From positions 1-64,000 of the IMG/VR virus record IMGVR_UViG_3300008266_009503: 64,000 bases of DNA. One strand, written 5' to 3'. Below the pieces are notes generated by a model. The model did no database searches and was not told the origin of the DNA. It saw nothing but the letters and a program-made list of their open reading frames with translations. The translations under genes were made by a program, and so were the position numbers. This DNA comes from a virus. Of the stretch, positions 9,306 through 19,683 are shown in pieces; positions within the stretch are counted from its first letter, which is position 1; each line of letters opens with the position of its first letter.

Positions 9306-10217
9306 TTAATGTTTAGTATTTAAGAGTTGTATATAATCATTTTTATCTATCCAAGTATCTATAGCTTTGTGGTGAGCTGAAGGAGCAAAGTGGTATACGA
9401 CAGTATTAGGATTTAATAATGCAGCTGCATAACTAAAAGAGGATCCACCTACTATTAAATGATCTGCAAATACCATTTTCTTAAACGTGTTATAATCCTC
9501 TTCTGTATCATCATAAACTATTTCCCATCCTTTATAAGGTTCTGGATCAAACCCTACTCTCTGTGTGTATATTGTAATATCGTACTTTTCTTTGTATTGA
9601 CCTAATATATTTAAAATTTCTAAATAATATTCATCGTTAAAATGCTTATGTACGTGATTTATAGCATCTTTTCTCCTAATGTGAATTGCTACTTTTTTCT
9701 TACTGTAATTACCTTTACTAAGCCCGAAGCTACTTAAAATCTTGTTTCTATATTTCTTAAAATTATTTATATCTAGTATACCGAGATCATACTCTTTATG
9801 TAAATACCTTAGTATGAAAAGTATGTTTGCGTCGTAAGTATTTTTTTGAAATAGGTTAAAAAGATCATACCCCTCTCTAAACTCAAAAGAGCTTATATCC
9901 AAGCTATTAACTGTCTCTCCACTATACACAAAAGCTTGATCCCAAAGCTCTGCTCTTTTAAAGTAACCTCTATGGCTAATATCGTCGTAAGGGTACGGAT
10001 TTGCTAAATCAAAATTACCACGAAGATCTACTCCCTCTACATAATCTTCTCCGATTGGAGGAGGTCCTTGGTAACTAAAAGGAGTATGTACGTAAACTAC
10101 CGGAAGTCTAAGCTCTTCTCTTAAGTGATAAGTGTAACACAGTACAGAGAGGATTCTCTGCATCCTTGCTCCAAAACCATCTTGCGTTACTCCGCTAGTT
10201 ACGTATAGAGGTTTCAT
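9306..10217 (-). CDS. GT11/O-fucosyltransferase-like glycosyltransferase (GDP-sugar donor)
   Basis: DGFGARMQ, AIHIRRKD, GSSFSYAAALL motifs. Confidence 0.65.
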   Translation of the reverse strand: MKPLYVTSGVTQDGFGARMQRILSVLCYTYHLREELRLPVVYVHTPFSYQGPPPIGEDYVEGVDLRGNFDLANPYPYDDISHRGYFKRAELWDQAFVYSGETVNSLDISSFEFREGYDLFNLFQKNTYDANILFILRYLHKEYDLGILDINNFKKYRNKILSSFGLSKGNYSKKKVAIHIRRKDAINHVHKHFNDEYYLEILNILGQYKEKYDITIYTQRVGFDPEPYKGWEIVYDDTEEDYNTFKKMVFADHLIVGGSSFSYAAALLNPNTVVYHFAPSAHHKAIDTWIDKNDYIQLLNTKH

Positions 10218-10818
10218 TCTCTGTATTAAAAACTTTCATTTGAGTCAAATCTGGCCAATCGCTTATACTCCACTGCCTAGGCTCTGATAGTATTGCTGTT
10301 GGGAGTTTATCTAATCCTAGTTGAGCTGTCTCTGGTGTCATGTAATAGTGATAGCCAATAGTGTATATGTTTTGATCTCGCCAAGGAATTTCTGGTAGTC
10401 TACCATCGTAAGACATTTTCTTTAAGTTTAGATAGTCGTGCGGCCTACTACAGAGAAGAGCTCCTCCTCTACCTAAAGATAAGTGTTTCTGATATTGAAA
10501 ACTAATTCCCATAAACGTATCTGGAATATAGCTATTAGGTTTCCATAATACAGCTGCATCGATTACGTTTTTTGTTAAGTAGTAATAATCTACCCACTCT
10601 TCGTCTTTCCAAATCCTTTCAATAGAAAGCTTTTCTGCTAGGAAAGGAATAGAAAGGTAAGTACATTTAGGTACTGTGATAGATTTTGCTTCTGTCCATC
10701 TCAAAGCTAATTCAATACCGTGCGTACAACTATCAACTGCAACTGCATACGGAGCTCCAAAAAAGTCTGCGATCTTATTTTCAAACTCTGTAATTACGTT
10801 AAAGTCCAGTTTTGCCAT
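10195..10818 (-). CDS. Short DegT/DnrJ/EryC1-family PLP sugar aminotransferase
   Basis: AVAVDSCTHGIELAL, IDAA, SFQYQKHLSLGRGG (catalytic Lys motif); only 207 aa. Confidence 0.8.
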   Translation of the reverse strand: MAKLDFNVITEFENKIADFFGAPYAVAVDSCTHGIELALRWTEAKSITVPKCTYLSIPFLAEKLSIERIWKDEEWVDYYYLTKNVIDAAVLWKPNSYIPDTFMGISFQYQKHLSLGRGGALLCSRPHDYLNLKKMSYDGRLPEIPWRDQNIYTIGYHYYMTPETAQLGLDKLPTAILSEPRQWSISDWPDLTQMKVFNTENETSIRN

Positions 10819-11707
10819 CTAAGTATGTTTTAATATTATTATAATCATTACACCACTTAGTAGCGTACCTGCCTTTCAACGGCCTAGAGAACATTGGGTG
10901 ATAGTGCTTGCTACATCCTTTGAAGAAATAATGATTAGCTTGTGTTAACCTTGTTTTACTAAGGTCTGTTACACCTTCTACGTTACATCCACCATGTAAC
11001 ATATTAGCAGCCCATATTAAGGCTTGTCCCTTTTTCAACTTTACTATCTTTTCAGTTGCTTTCTTAGCTTTTACTAATTCAACTAAGAAATCTTCGTATA
11101 CTCTATAGTTAGCTGCTTCACCATCTTCGATATCGTCCGGATGCGGTAGATTGAGGTTGTGGTATTCGTAAACAGGCCATTTATGGCTGCCTGGTACTAT
11201 TCTTAATGATCCATTCGTTTCGTCAACATCTTCAAAAGCAACCCACACCCCTACCATCCATAAGTGCGGTACAGTATGAAAATGAATTGTGTCGCTGTGA
11301 AGCGGTTGATTACTGCCTTTGATGAAATTAATTGTTGAAAACGGAAACGGCTCTTCATCGTACAAGTAACTAAGCGTATCAACAATACCTGGATGCATTG
11401 TTAATTTAGCAATAGCAGCACTCTTTCTCCAATGCTCAAAAATTCTCTTACTTTCTGTGTATTGAAAATGATCTGCATGGTACTTAGTTTTCTCATCTTC
11501 TAAAGCTACATAAGTATCCTTTACTATTTCTCCTATTTCATCATCTTTCAACTCTAAGTCTACTATGAGGTATCCATTTTCATGATAGAAAATACAACCC
11601 TCTTTCTGCTTTTCTGTTAAATCTGATTGTTCTAGTAGTTCATAAAAGAACGGTGATTCAATCCACGGAATGTCTAGTGATCGTTTTGCTGGTTTAAAAT
11701 TATTCAT
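10799..11707 (-). CDS. PhyH-family Fe(II)/2-oxoglutarate dioxygenase
   Basis: PLHSDT, WVAFEDVDETNGSLRIVPGSHKW, MLHGG. Confidence 0.85.
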   Translation of the reverse strand: MNNFKPAKRSLDIPWIESPFFYELLEQSDLTEKQKEGCIFYHENGYLIVDLELKDDEIGEIVKDTYVALEDEKTKYHADHFQYTESKRIFEHWRKSAAIAKLTMHPGIVDTLSYLYDEEPFPFSTINFIKGSNQPLHSDTIHFHTVPHLWMVGVWVAFEDVDETNGSLRIVPGSHKWPVYEYHNLNLPHPDDIEDGEAANYRVYEDFLVELVKAKKATEKIVKLKKGQALIWAANMLHGGCNVEGVTDLSKTRLTQANHYFFKGCSKHYHPMFSRPLKGRYATKWCNDYNNIKTYLDGKTGL

Positions 11708-12242
11708 AGTTCATAAGTTTTTGTGCGCTTTCTATTATTCTTTTTGAGTCACGAGGCTTTATTGGCTTAGCTGGACAGCCTGCGTACACCGTCCAAGGTT
11801 TAGTATCTTTTGTCACTACTGATCCAGCACCTACTATACAACCTTCTCCTAAAGTTACTCCAGGCAATACCGTACAGTTAACTCCCAGTGTTGCATATCT
11901 TTTAAAGGTTACCGGTTTGTTTATGACAGTTCTATGTTCTAAAGGTACTACCGGTGATATTAGGCCTTGCATAAAGTCGTCTGTAGCACATACAATCCTG
12001 CCGCCAGAGCCTATATTAGTAAAGTCCTCCATAGTAAGCAATGCTGGTGCTCCGCCTATGATTGATACGCTAGGTGCTATATGAATGTAGTTACCCAACA
12101 CAGCTTGTGTCGATAAATAGACCCACATATCGATTGCTATATGGCTACCTACCTCAACTAATTCCGGACGAACAATCACAGCTTGGCTGCTTATTCTAAC
12201 GTCCTCTCCTACTTTTTTATACTTACTATAATCCTCCATCAA
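11700..12242 (-). CDS. Left-handed beta-helix acyltransferase
   Basis: Hexapeptide repeats; VLPGVTLGEGCIVGAGSVVTKD...VYAGCPAK. Confidence 0.85.
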   Translation of the reverse strand: MMEDYSKYKKVGEDVRISSQAVIVRPELVEVGSHIAIDMWVYLSTQAVLGNYIHIAPSVSIIGGAPALLTMEDFTNIGSGGRIVCATDDFMQGLISPVVPLEHRTVINKPVTFKRYATLGVNCTVLPGVTLGEGCIVGAGSVVTKDTKPWTVYAGCPAKPIKPRDSKRIIESAQKLMNYE

Positions 12243-12870
12243 TTCTTAAATTAATACCACATGCATATTCATTATCTACGAGATAATTAACAGTGTTGTT
12301 AAGTTCTTCAATACTCCCCCATCTCTTTAATCCTATCTTATCTTTCGCCATATCCTGGTACTCTTGTTCGATTCTATAACACATACCTCCATCCCAATAC
12401 CCTAGCTGTATAGTATTACAGGTTACTCCGTACTTTATATTTTCTCTATTTGCAGAAGACATTAATCTGTCTACAAAAGCTTTAGAAGCAGAGTACAGCG
12501 AATTCTTAGGTACATTTAATTCTGCAAATACAGAGGATATTGCTATCACTCTTCCCCATCTTCTTTCTACCATCTGCGGTAAGCAAGAAGCTAACACGTT
12601 TATGTTTCCTTTAATATTAACGTCTAGCATACTATCTACCTCTACCGTATCTTCTTCAGTAAGCTTGCTTAAAAAAACATCGTACTTTTTACCTGACATA
12701 TTTAATACGATATCTACTTGGTTTTCTTTAAAGAAAGCTTTTGTTTGCTGTAAACTAGTTAAGTCTACTTCTTTACTGCTAGGAGCTAATACTTCATACC
12801 TTTCCTTAAGTAACGGAAGTATCTTAGCTCCAAGACCGCCGCCGCTTCCAAATATAACTAGCTTTTTCAT
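12226..12870 (-). CDS. SDR oxidoreductase, FabG-like 3-oxoacyl reductase
   Basis: FGSGGGLG, ISS, YSASK catalytic motif; adjacent to fabH. Confidence 0.75.
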   Translation of the reverse strand: MKKLVIFGSGGGLGAKILPLLKERYEVLAPSSKEVDLTSLQQTKAFFKENQVDIVLNMSGKKYDVFLSKLTEEDTVEVDSMLDVNIKGNINVLASCLPQMVERRWGRVIAISSVFAELNVPKNSLYSASKAFVDRLMSSANRENIKYGVTCNTIQLGYWDGGMCYRIEQEYQDMAKDKIGLKRWGSIEELNNTVNYLVDNEYACGINLRIDGGL

Positions 12871-12875
12871 AATTC

Positions 12876-13817
12876 CTATTTCTTATAATATAGTAAAATA
12901 GACCCCCAGCTCCAACCCGATCCAATAGCTGTAAACATTATTTTATCTCCCTCTACTATTTCCCTACCTTTAATAGCTTCGTCTAAAGCTATTGGTATAG
13001 AAGCACCGGCAATATTAGCGTACTTATGCATAACTGTCTTTACTCTCTCCATAGGTATTGATAGTTCCTGTGCTATTACCTTAAGGATGTTTATACTCGG
13101 CTGGTGTGGAACTAGCATTTTAATTTCATCGATACTAGTCTCTGTTTCTTTAAGTACACTCTTTAATGATTCAGGAAGTACTTTAATAGCTTGATTCCAT
13201 ACTTCTTTTCCTCTCATAATAAAAGTTGATGATAACGGTAAATTAAATCCTGTCATCCCTGTACCTCTTCCATTAGCCTCTAATTTACTATACATCCATC
13301 CTTCTTCAGAAGGGCCCATAACAACAGCTCCGGCTCCGTCCCCAAAGAAGACTGCATGCTGATCTTCCCAATTAGTTATCTTGGAATAAGCTTCTGTGCT
13401 GATTATTAATATGTTTTTATAAGTTTTACTTTCAATTAAAGAAGCTGCTAAAGTCAGAGCATATACAAATCCTGAACATACTGCATTAATATCAAATGCT
13501 GGTATATTTTTCGATGTATTAAACTTATTATGAATAACACAAGAGGTGGGCGGCGAGATTTGTTCCGGACTTGATGTAGCTATTATCATCATATCAATAT
13601 CCTCTATGTCCATACTAGCATCCTTTAATGCATTTATTGCAGCATTATAACCTAGATTAGAAGGTAGCTCTTCTTCTACTACTCTTCTTTCTTTGATTCC
13701 CAGCTTATCGTATATCCACTCCTCGGTCGTATCTACCTTTTCTGCTACCTGTGTATTAGTAACAATCTTAGCCGGTAAATAAGAACCTACCCCTTTTAAC
13801 GTAACTTTATATTTCAT
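12876..13817 (-). CDS. fabH: 3-oxoacyl-ACP synthase III
   Basis: DINAVCSGF (Cys), FFGDGAGA, PHQPS (His), YANIAGAS (Asn). Confidence 0.92.
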   Translation of the reverse strand: MKYKVTLKGVGSYLPAKIVTNTQVAEKVDTTEEWIYDKLGIKERRVVEEELPSNLGYNAAINALKDASMDIEDIDMMIIATSSPEQISPPTSCVIHNKFNTSKNIPAFDINAVCSGFVYALTLAASLIESKTYKNILIISTEAYSKITNWEDQHAVFFGDGAGAVVMGPSEEGWMYSKLEANGRGTGMTGFNLPLSSTFIMRGKEVWNQAIKVLPESLKSVLKETETSIDEIKMLVPHQPSINILKVIAQELSIPMERVKTVMHKYANIAGASIPIALDEAIKGREIVEGDKIMFTAIGSGWSWGSILLYYKK

Positions 13818-14233
13818 TATAAGTCTATGAAAGTTTTATCTAAAGCTTGTCCTTCGTAAGGACCTGTTTTGTATTCATACACTAGAGTATTATCTTCTAA
13901 AATAAAGTAGTTGTGCCCTCCCTGTAAGGTAAAGCTAGCATCTCCAACCTTTAGTACAGGTTCTGCTACGATAGTATCGTCTAAGTCATAAAAAATACAT
14001 CTAACACTTCCCTGTACAACAATCCAACTTTCCTGTGCAATGACATCTCTAGTTCTCTGCTTCCAGATGTGTTTATGAGGTCTAAAAGTTTTCCCTTCTT
14101 CCATGTTGAGAATTGAACACTGTATGAAGTTTTCTTCTGAAACAATATCTTGTCTACCGGAAGTTATATCTTCTTTGCGCACAATTATATGTAACAGCGT
14201 TTCTGGGGATACTTTAGAGTATATTTTTTCCAT
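13817..14233 (-). CDS. Cupin-fold protein (WbuC-like, sugar-cluster associated)
   Basis: PHKH...QESWIV...GGH...YEYKTGPY. Confidence 0.65.
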   Translation of the reverse strand: MEKIYSKVSPETLLHIIVRKEDITSGRQDIVSEENFIQCSILNMEEGKTFRPHKHIWKQRTRDVIAQESWIVVQGSVRCIFYDLDDTIVAEPVLKVGDASFTLQGGHNYFILEDNTLVYEYKTGPYEGQALDKTFIDL

Positions 14234-14234
14234 T

Positions 14235-15698
14235 TTAATTTATATTTAACATAGTAGCAATATGATTAATGTCTTCATCGTTTAATTTGGTATTTTCGAA
14301 AACTGATTGATACCAGTCAGGAAGATATCTACCTCTTGCGTAAAGATGTGAATACATCGTCGGATGATCTTTAAGTGTAGTTAATATTCTCACTCCGTCA
14401 TTTTTAGCATGCTGTGTTTCAAAGTCCCATGGTGATTGGTTTGGCTTTAACAACTGCAAGAAGTAGTCTGTAGACCATATAGCAGACTGTACGCTACTTC
14501 TATAGTCGCATACCTGATTTACATCATGAAACATTCCATTCAATTCTTCGACAGGCGTTAATTCAATATCACCTAATAACGCTTTATTTCCGCTACTTAA
14601 CGATCCTATAAGAAAAGACTTCTTTACTAGCCTGTTCTTTAACATATAGTCAAAAGCAATACGTACTTTGTTAATATCTGATGGCCTAGTCATTAAGCTT
14701 TCATCGCACATATTAATAAAGTGTTGATCTTCGAAAGATTTAAAATAATCAATCAATCCATTAGACCAAGCTCCCGGTCCGTAGTCTTTTCCGAGACTTA
14801 CAAACTCCCAGTTATCTTTGAGTTTAAATTTAGGAGGTTGATATCCTAATACAACAAACTGATTCTTACAAGGCCAGTACTTATCTACTGTATACATTAG
14901 AGCTTCTACAAACTGAATATACCCGTCGCATGTAGGTATAAGTATTTTAAGGTCTTCTACATTTTTTACCTCCCTATACTCTTTAAAGTACGAAACTTCT
15001 TTAGCGTAGTTAGATGCAGGATTCATATAGGGCCTAGTAGGGTATCCATGTACAAACTCATCAATAGAAGATCCTACATCTATGTATTGGTTGTTCGGGT
15101 TTATGTTATACAGTCTGTGAATTATTACTTCCGATACTGGTCCACAGGATATAAAGAAGGTTTTATTCTGTAGCTGCGAAACGTAATCACCGAGCTGGCT
15201 TATATAATCGTCTCCGTATTCTTCCCAGTACTCTATACAGCTGTCAGGGAAAGGAAATATTTCAGCGACAGTAAAAGGAAAAGACTCTTTCTGAGCTTTT
15301 TGATTGCAAACTAAATAAACCTCTTTTTTAAGGTTTTGGTAAAATGCTTTCATCTTCTGATAGTTAGCATTTATCCACAAGTTAGCAAAAGTAATATTAC
15401 TTCGTACTTTTATTTTTCCGTCTAGAAAAGTATTATCTCCAGAAAAATCAGAAGTCGATGATATAGCGTAGTAGTAATTGTCTTCGGTATGGTCTAACGA
15501 TTCTAAGAGCTCTGAACCTACTTTGGTTAACCGGCCAGGCGCATGCCACTTGTCTACGTTATAGGCTTGACTTCCTACATTAATTGCTTTACCTAACATT
15601 AACGCCACCTCTCCATCAGCATATCTTGCATAAGCAAAATTCTTATCCGATAGTATTAAGTCAGTAAAAAATTCAAAATCTTTATTAAAATCCTTCAT
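14235..15698 (-). CDS. Two-domain glycosyltransferase (GT-D/DUF1792-like N-domain + GT-A-like C-domain)
   Basis: AYARYADGE...ISCGP...IDVGS GT-D motifs; second domain ILIPTCDGY...SPWDFE. Confidence 0.6.
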   Translation of the reverse strand: MKDFNKDFEFFTDLILSDKNFAYARYADGEVALMLGKAINVGSQAYNVDKWHAPGRLTKVGSELLESLDHTEDNYYYAISSTSDFSGDNTFLDGKIKVRSNITFANLWINANYQKMKAFYQNLKKEVYLVCNQKAQKESFPFTVAEIFPFPDSCIEYWEEYGDDYISQLGDYVSQLQNKTFFISCGPVSEVIIHRLYNINPNNQYIDVGSSIDEFVHGYPTRPYMNPASNYAKEVSYFKEYREVKNVEDLKILIPTCDGYIQFVEALMYTVDKYWPCKNQFVVLGYQPPKFKLKDNWEFVSLGKDYGPGAWSNGLIDYFKSFEDQHFINMCDESLMTRPSDINKVRIAFDYMLKNRLVKKSFLIGSLSSGNKALLGDIELTPVEELNGMFHDVNQVCDYRSSVQSAIWSTDYFLQLLKPNQSPWDFETQHAKNDGVRILTTLKDHPTMYSHLYARGRYLPDWYQSVFENTKLNDEDINHIATMLNIN

Positions 15699-16677
15699 TG
15701 CGTATGTGAGTTAGTATTTTTATAGCAGCCTTACCGTCTCCGTAAGGACATCTACTGTTAATATAGTAGTTATTTTTCAGAGAGTCAAATATTTCAGGCA
15801 ATTCTGTAGGTGTATTACATAAATGTAGATGCCCGGTTTCTAATGCTTCTGGTCGCTCTGTTACTGTTCTACAGACAATTACTTTCTTATTAAAAAAGGA
15901 TCCTTCTTCTTGTAAACCTCCTGAATCGGAAATTACAAGTTTACATTTAACTAACAGGTCTAGTAGGGAGTTATGATCTAATGGGTCAACTACCTTAACG
16001 TGTTTAAGGATATGTTTATACTTCTGTACATTCGGGTTAGGGTGTATAGGGAGGATAAATTCTATATTAGGATTGTTTAAAGCTATCTCATCAAGCTCTG
16101 TAAACCATTCTAACATCATTGAATGATTTTCTCTTCTATGTAATGTTACTAGTACTTTATCTTTATACTCACATTTGTTTTGATAGGTAACTAGATTATC
16201 TAGTACCGTGTTACCTGTTATGTAAACTCTTCCAGATACTTTTTCCTTAATTAGATTATTAAAAGATAGATCTGTTGGTGCAAAGTTTACATCCGCTATT
16301 CTAGCTATCATCTGCCTATAGGCTTCTTCCGGGTAAGGATGTTGTAAATTATAGCTCCTAAGCCCGGCTTCAAGATAAAAAATTTTTAATCGCCTATTAA
16401 AAGCAGCTACTGCGCAGGCAAAAGCAGAAGCGGTATCTCCTTGTACTAATACTGAAGTAAATTCTCCTCTCGGAAACTGTAACAGGCAGTCACTAATAAG
16501 CTGATCTAACCTATTTTCATTCTCTTGAATCTTAATTTGATAGTCTACCTCTACGTCTTCTAGTAGGTCTAGATGTTGACCTGTAAATAGTAGCTTATAC
16601 TCTACTTTATCCATTATGTGAATAAGAGGTTTAATCTTTAACCATTCGGGTCTAGTCCCAAAACAGAGTAGTATCAT
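15685..16677 (-). CDS. wecB: UDP-N-acetylglucosamine 2-epimerase (start MILLCF at 16677)
   Basis: GTRPE, TGQH, VQGDT, EAGLRS, PEE, TLHRREN, DSGGLQEE, PYGDG. Confidence 0.93.
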   Translation of the reverse strand: MILLCFGTRPEWLKIKPLIHIMDKVEYKLLFTGQHLDLLEDVEVDYQIKIQENENRLDQLISDCLLQFPRGEFTSVLVQGDTASAFACAVAAFNRRLKIFYLEAGLRSYNLQHPYPEEAYRQMIARIADVNFAPTDLSFNNLIKEKVSGRVYITGNTVLDNLVTYQNKCEYKDKVLVTLHRRENHSMMLEWFTELDEIALNNPNIEFILPIHPNPNVQKYKHILKHVKVVDPLDHNSLLDLLVKCKLVISDSGGLQEEGSFFNKKVIVCRTVTERPEALETGHLHLCNTPTELPEIFDSLKNNYYINSRCPYGDGKAAIKILTHIRNEGF

Positions 16678-16678
16678 T

Positions 16679-17296
16679 TTATAGGTTTCTGTTTGTAAAT
16701 AAAACTTCTTCGTGAAGATCAGATATCCAACTACAGGCCTTATTCGCACTATGTGTCTGTTCTATATGCTGCAGTAGTTCTTCATACTTCTCTTTCGGTA
16801 ACTGACAATGTAATTCAATTCCGATGTAATCTATACTACTAAGATCTTGATTCATTAAAAAATAATATTCTGATGCTTCACAGTCTACTTTCAAGTAATT
16901 AATATGGCCGCCTACACGCTCTAATACAGTCGGTAAAGAAACTGTAGTTACTTCCTCTATTTTACCTTTCCATCCTTGACTTGTGAGATCTGTTAAGATA
17001 GCATTTGAACCAGCATCCATATTAGGATGCGCTACTAACGGTATTTGAATACTATCTTCTCTGTAAACTGCTTCATTCCATCCAGTTACGTTGCTAAATT
17101 CTTTAGTCTTCTCTTCGACAACTTTAAAACAAACACTAAATGGTTCGTAGTAGTGTACTTTCTTAAAAGACTGAGCCTGTTCTACGGTAAAAGATCCTAC
17201 ATTAGCTCCAATATCTACACATACGTCTTTAACACAGTCCTCTGGAATTGTATAGCTACCGAGGTTATGTTCTGGGATTTTAATTTTATCTTTCAT
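16679..17296 (-). CDS. FkbM-family methyltransferase
   Basis: VDIGANVG, YEP, LKVDCEASEY, IELH. Confidence 0.85.
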   Translation of the reverse strand: MKDKIKIPEHNLGSYTIPEDCVKDVCVDIGANVGSFTVEQAQSFKKVHYYEPFSVCFKVVEEKTKEFSNVTGWNEAVYREDSIQIPLVAHPNMDAGSNAILTDLTSQGWKGKIEEVTTVSLPTVLERVGGHINYLKVDCEASEYYFLMNQDLSSIDYIGIELHCQLPKEKYEELLQHIEQTHSANKACSWISDLHEEVLFTNRNL

Positions 17297-18056
17297 TTAC
17301 TAGCCTCCAGCCTTTTTTTCTTTGTTCAACAAAATAATCGTGCATTGCTTGCTTGAAAGGAACTCCTGTTGCTGTTTGTTTATTACTCTCCCATAATGAG
17401 TTTTCATCGGCACCGTAAACAGATCCCTTAGTAGATCCCCACATCTCAATATCGTACTTCGAATGAGGAGGAACGTACGTTGGAAGATTTCTATACTTCT
17501 GTAGTATATAACTAAAGTGCATATCTTCTCCGCATAAATTATACTTAGGGTCTGGTTGCTCTCTCCAGTAGTCAGATAGCCACTCTTTCCTAAAAAACCA
17601 AGAATGTCCTACCAAGTCTACTTGAACTGGTTGTTCGTTGGGATTAACCCATCCGTGACGTTCGTAGTACTCGTAGTACGAACATAGCTGATGATTGGCC
17701 GGTAACGGTCTTTGATATAGGAGACCTACAGTACCTAGAAGCCCTTCATGAGTTTGCATCGTATTCATGCAGTTTTCAAGCCACCTTCTACCTGGAATAG
17801 TATCGTCATCGAAAATACAAATATACTCATGCTTAGCCATTAAAGCAAAAGCAAACCTTGCCCACACGCCGAAATTATAATTACAATAAGCTACTGGGAC
17901 TTCAGTGCCTATCTGATAGTTAATTGGAGAATCATCTCCCGGGTTGTTGTACCAAACTAGTATTTCATCAGGTTTTACAGTCTGGTTATTCAGAGCTTCT
18001 AGCTGTTCATCTAAGTTAGTACCTCTTTTATATCCGTTGAGTATTGCAGTTATCAT
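17286..18056 (-). CDS. GT-A fold glycosyltransferase
   Basis: ICIFDDD DxD motif, GEDMHFS. Confidence 0.75.
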   Translation of the reverse strand: MITAILNGYKRGTNLDEQLEALNNQTVKPDEILVWYNNPGDDSPINYQIGTEVPVAYCNYNFGVWARFAFALMAKHEYICIFDDDTIPGRRWLENCMNTMQTHEGLLGTVGLLYQRPLPANHQLCSYYEYYERHGWVNPNEQPVQVDLVGHSWFFRKEWLSDYWREQPDPKYNLCGEDMHFSYILQKYRNLPTYVPPHSKYDIEMWGSTKGSVYGADENSLWESNKQTATGVPFKQAMHDYFVEQRKKGWRLVNER

Positions 18057-18058
18057 AG

Positions 18059-19036
18059 CTAAGATATTATTAAATTTAATTTCTGTTTAAACGACTTTAA
18101 ACTATAGTACCTGTTGTAGTTCTGTTTTGCTATATCGCTACAAGAGCTATAAAATTCTGGTTCAGCTACTAATCTTTTAGCTAACTTTCTTGCTTTGTCT
18201 ATATCAGCAACATCAACAGCTAAATCTGGATGGCACAATATTTGTGTATCTACCTTTTCATTACCTATACAAGGAATTCCAAAGTATGCACAGTTAAGAC
18301 TAAAAGTACCGGCTGCTACTGTAGGCATTAAATGTACCGCATACCTAAAAGTACTTAATGCTTTCATCCAGTCAGTCCAGAAAAGTCTAGGTAGTAAGTT
18401 TATCATTTGTTCTTCTCCCTCTCTTTTAGCGTGAGAGGTCTGACCCCAGATTGGAACAGAAAATTCTTGGGCTACTACAAAGCTTTCAAAACCTCCGTAC
18501 CACCTAGCAAAATTGCCACCAACAAAGACTTTTTCTTCCCGTGTAGGTACTACATCTTCAATAGTGTTATGTATTAATAAAGAAGGTAAGACGTGTATAG
18601 GTATACTAGGGAACATTCCTCTATAGTAGGATGTATCGCTTTCATTATGAGCAAAAATACCATCACACGTTGCTAGAAAATTATAAAAGTTTAATTGGTC
18701 AGAAAGTTCATAATCATTAAACCACCAATGCGGACCTTCTTGTATGTAGTATATCTTTTTGTTATTTTGCTTTAAGTGTACGTAGAAGTCAGAGTTTAGT
18801 AGTTCTGTAACGGGATTAATTCCGTTAGTTATTTTAGAGGCTTCTGCACTTAGAAATGTTTTACCTTTAGGAAAGATTATAAATACGTGGTCATACCCTC
18901 TTACTTCTACGTAATGATTAATATGTCTATGTTCAGCCTCCAAAGCATGCATCCAAGCAAACTCTGTTCTCATGTTAAAATGATCAGAAGGTATCTTTCC
19001 TTCGAATCCCATCTCTGTTAAGAAAGCTATTCTCAT
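18059..19036 (-). CDS. GT-B-like glycosyltransferase
   Basis: Cluster context; GTFSLNCAYFGIPCIG resembles the GT-B C-terminal motif. Confidence 0.6.
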   Translation of the reverse strand: MRIAFLTEMGFEGKIPSDHFNMRTEFAWMHALEAEHRHINHYVEVRGYDHVFIIFPKGKTFLSAEASKITNGINPVTELLNSDFYVHLKQNNKKIYYIQEGPHWWFNDYELSDQLNFYNFLATCDGIFAHNESDTSYYRGMFPSIPIHVLPSLLIHNTIEDVVPTREEKVFVGGNFARWYGGFESFVVAQEFSVPIWGQTSHAKREGEEQMINLLPRLFWTDWMKALSTFRYAVHLMPTVAAGTFSLNCAYFGIPCIGNEKVDTQILCHPDLAVDVADIDKARKLAKRLVAEPEFYSSCSDIAKQNYNRYYSLKSFKQKLNLIIS

Positions 19037-19683
19037 CTCTCAATCTGTTGTAGAGTGTTGTAGTACTTATTCTGAGCTTCTTGTCTCATTATATGCTTTG
19101 GATGTAAAAGACAGTAGCTTTCTTCGGCAGGCAGTAAAGCGTAGTTGTTATGTCCTGTTAAGACTTCGTGTACTCTACTAGCCCAATTAATTTTGGGAGA
19201 ATTCTGCAAGATACGAGTTTGGTAGTCCGGGAAGTTTATCCAACCTTTATCGTCTACTCTCCACCCCCATCTCTTGATATGCTCTTCTGTAAGACCTTCT
19301 ACAGTATTTATCCTCGGTAAAAGAAATAAATCTACTTGAGGATTTTCTTGTAATATCTCCGGCAAAGCTTTAATAAACTCTTCGTAGAGATACTCATCAG
19401 CATCTATCTGAAATATCCAAGCTCTAGTACAATTACTCTTAAGGTTGTTTTTAAATGCTGCAAAATTACCTTTAAGTGGAAAAGATACGATCTTTACCTG
19501 GCTAGCAAACTTGTCTAACACCTGGTATACTTCTAAGGTAGTATTCCCCTGATCACACTGAACTACTATCTCATCAATATCTCTTTTTTGTTGAGTTAGT
19601 TGAGTTAAGAGTCTATCTAACTCTACATGCTCATTACATACAGGGATTGCATAACTTATTCCTACCATGGCATTATTTATCAA
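19033..19683 (-). CDS. Glycosyltransferase family 2
   Basis: ISYAIPVCNE, WIFQIDADE, FPDYQTRI, VHE. Confidence 0.85.
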   Translation of the reverse strand: MINNAMVGISYAIPVCNEHVELDRLLTQLTQQKRDIDEIVVQCDQGNTTLEVYQVLDKFASQVKIVSFPLKGNFAAFKNNLKSNCTRAWIFQIDADEYLYEEFIKALPEILQENPQVDLFLLPRINTVEGLTEEHIKRWGWRVDDKGWINFPDYQTRILQNSPKINWASRVHEVLTGHNNYALLPAEESYCLLHPKHIMRQEAQNKYYNTLQQIER

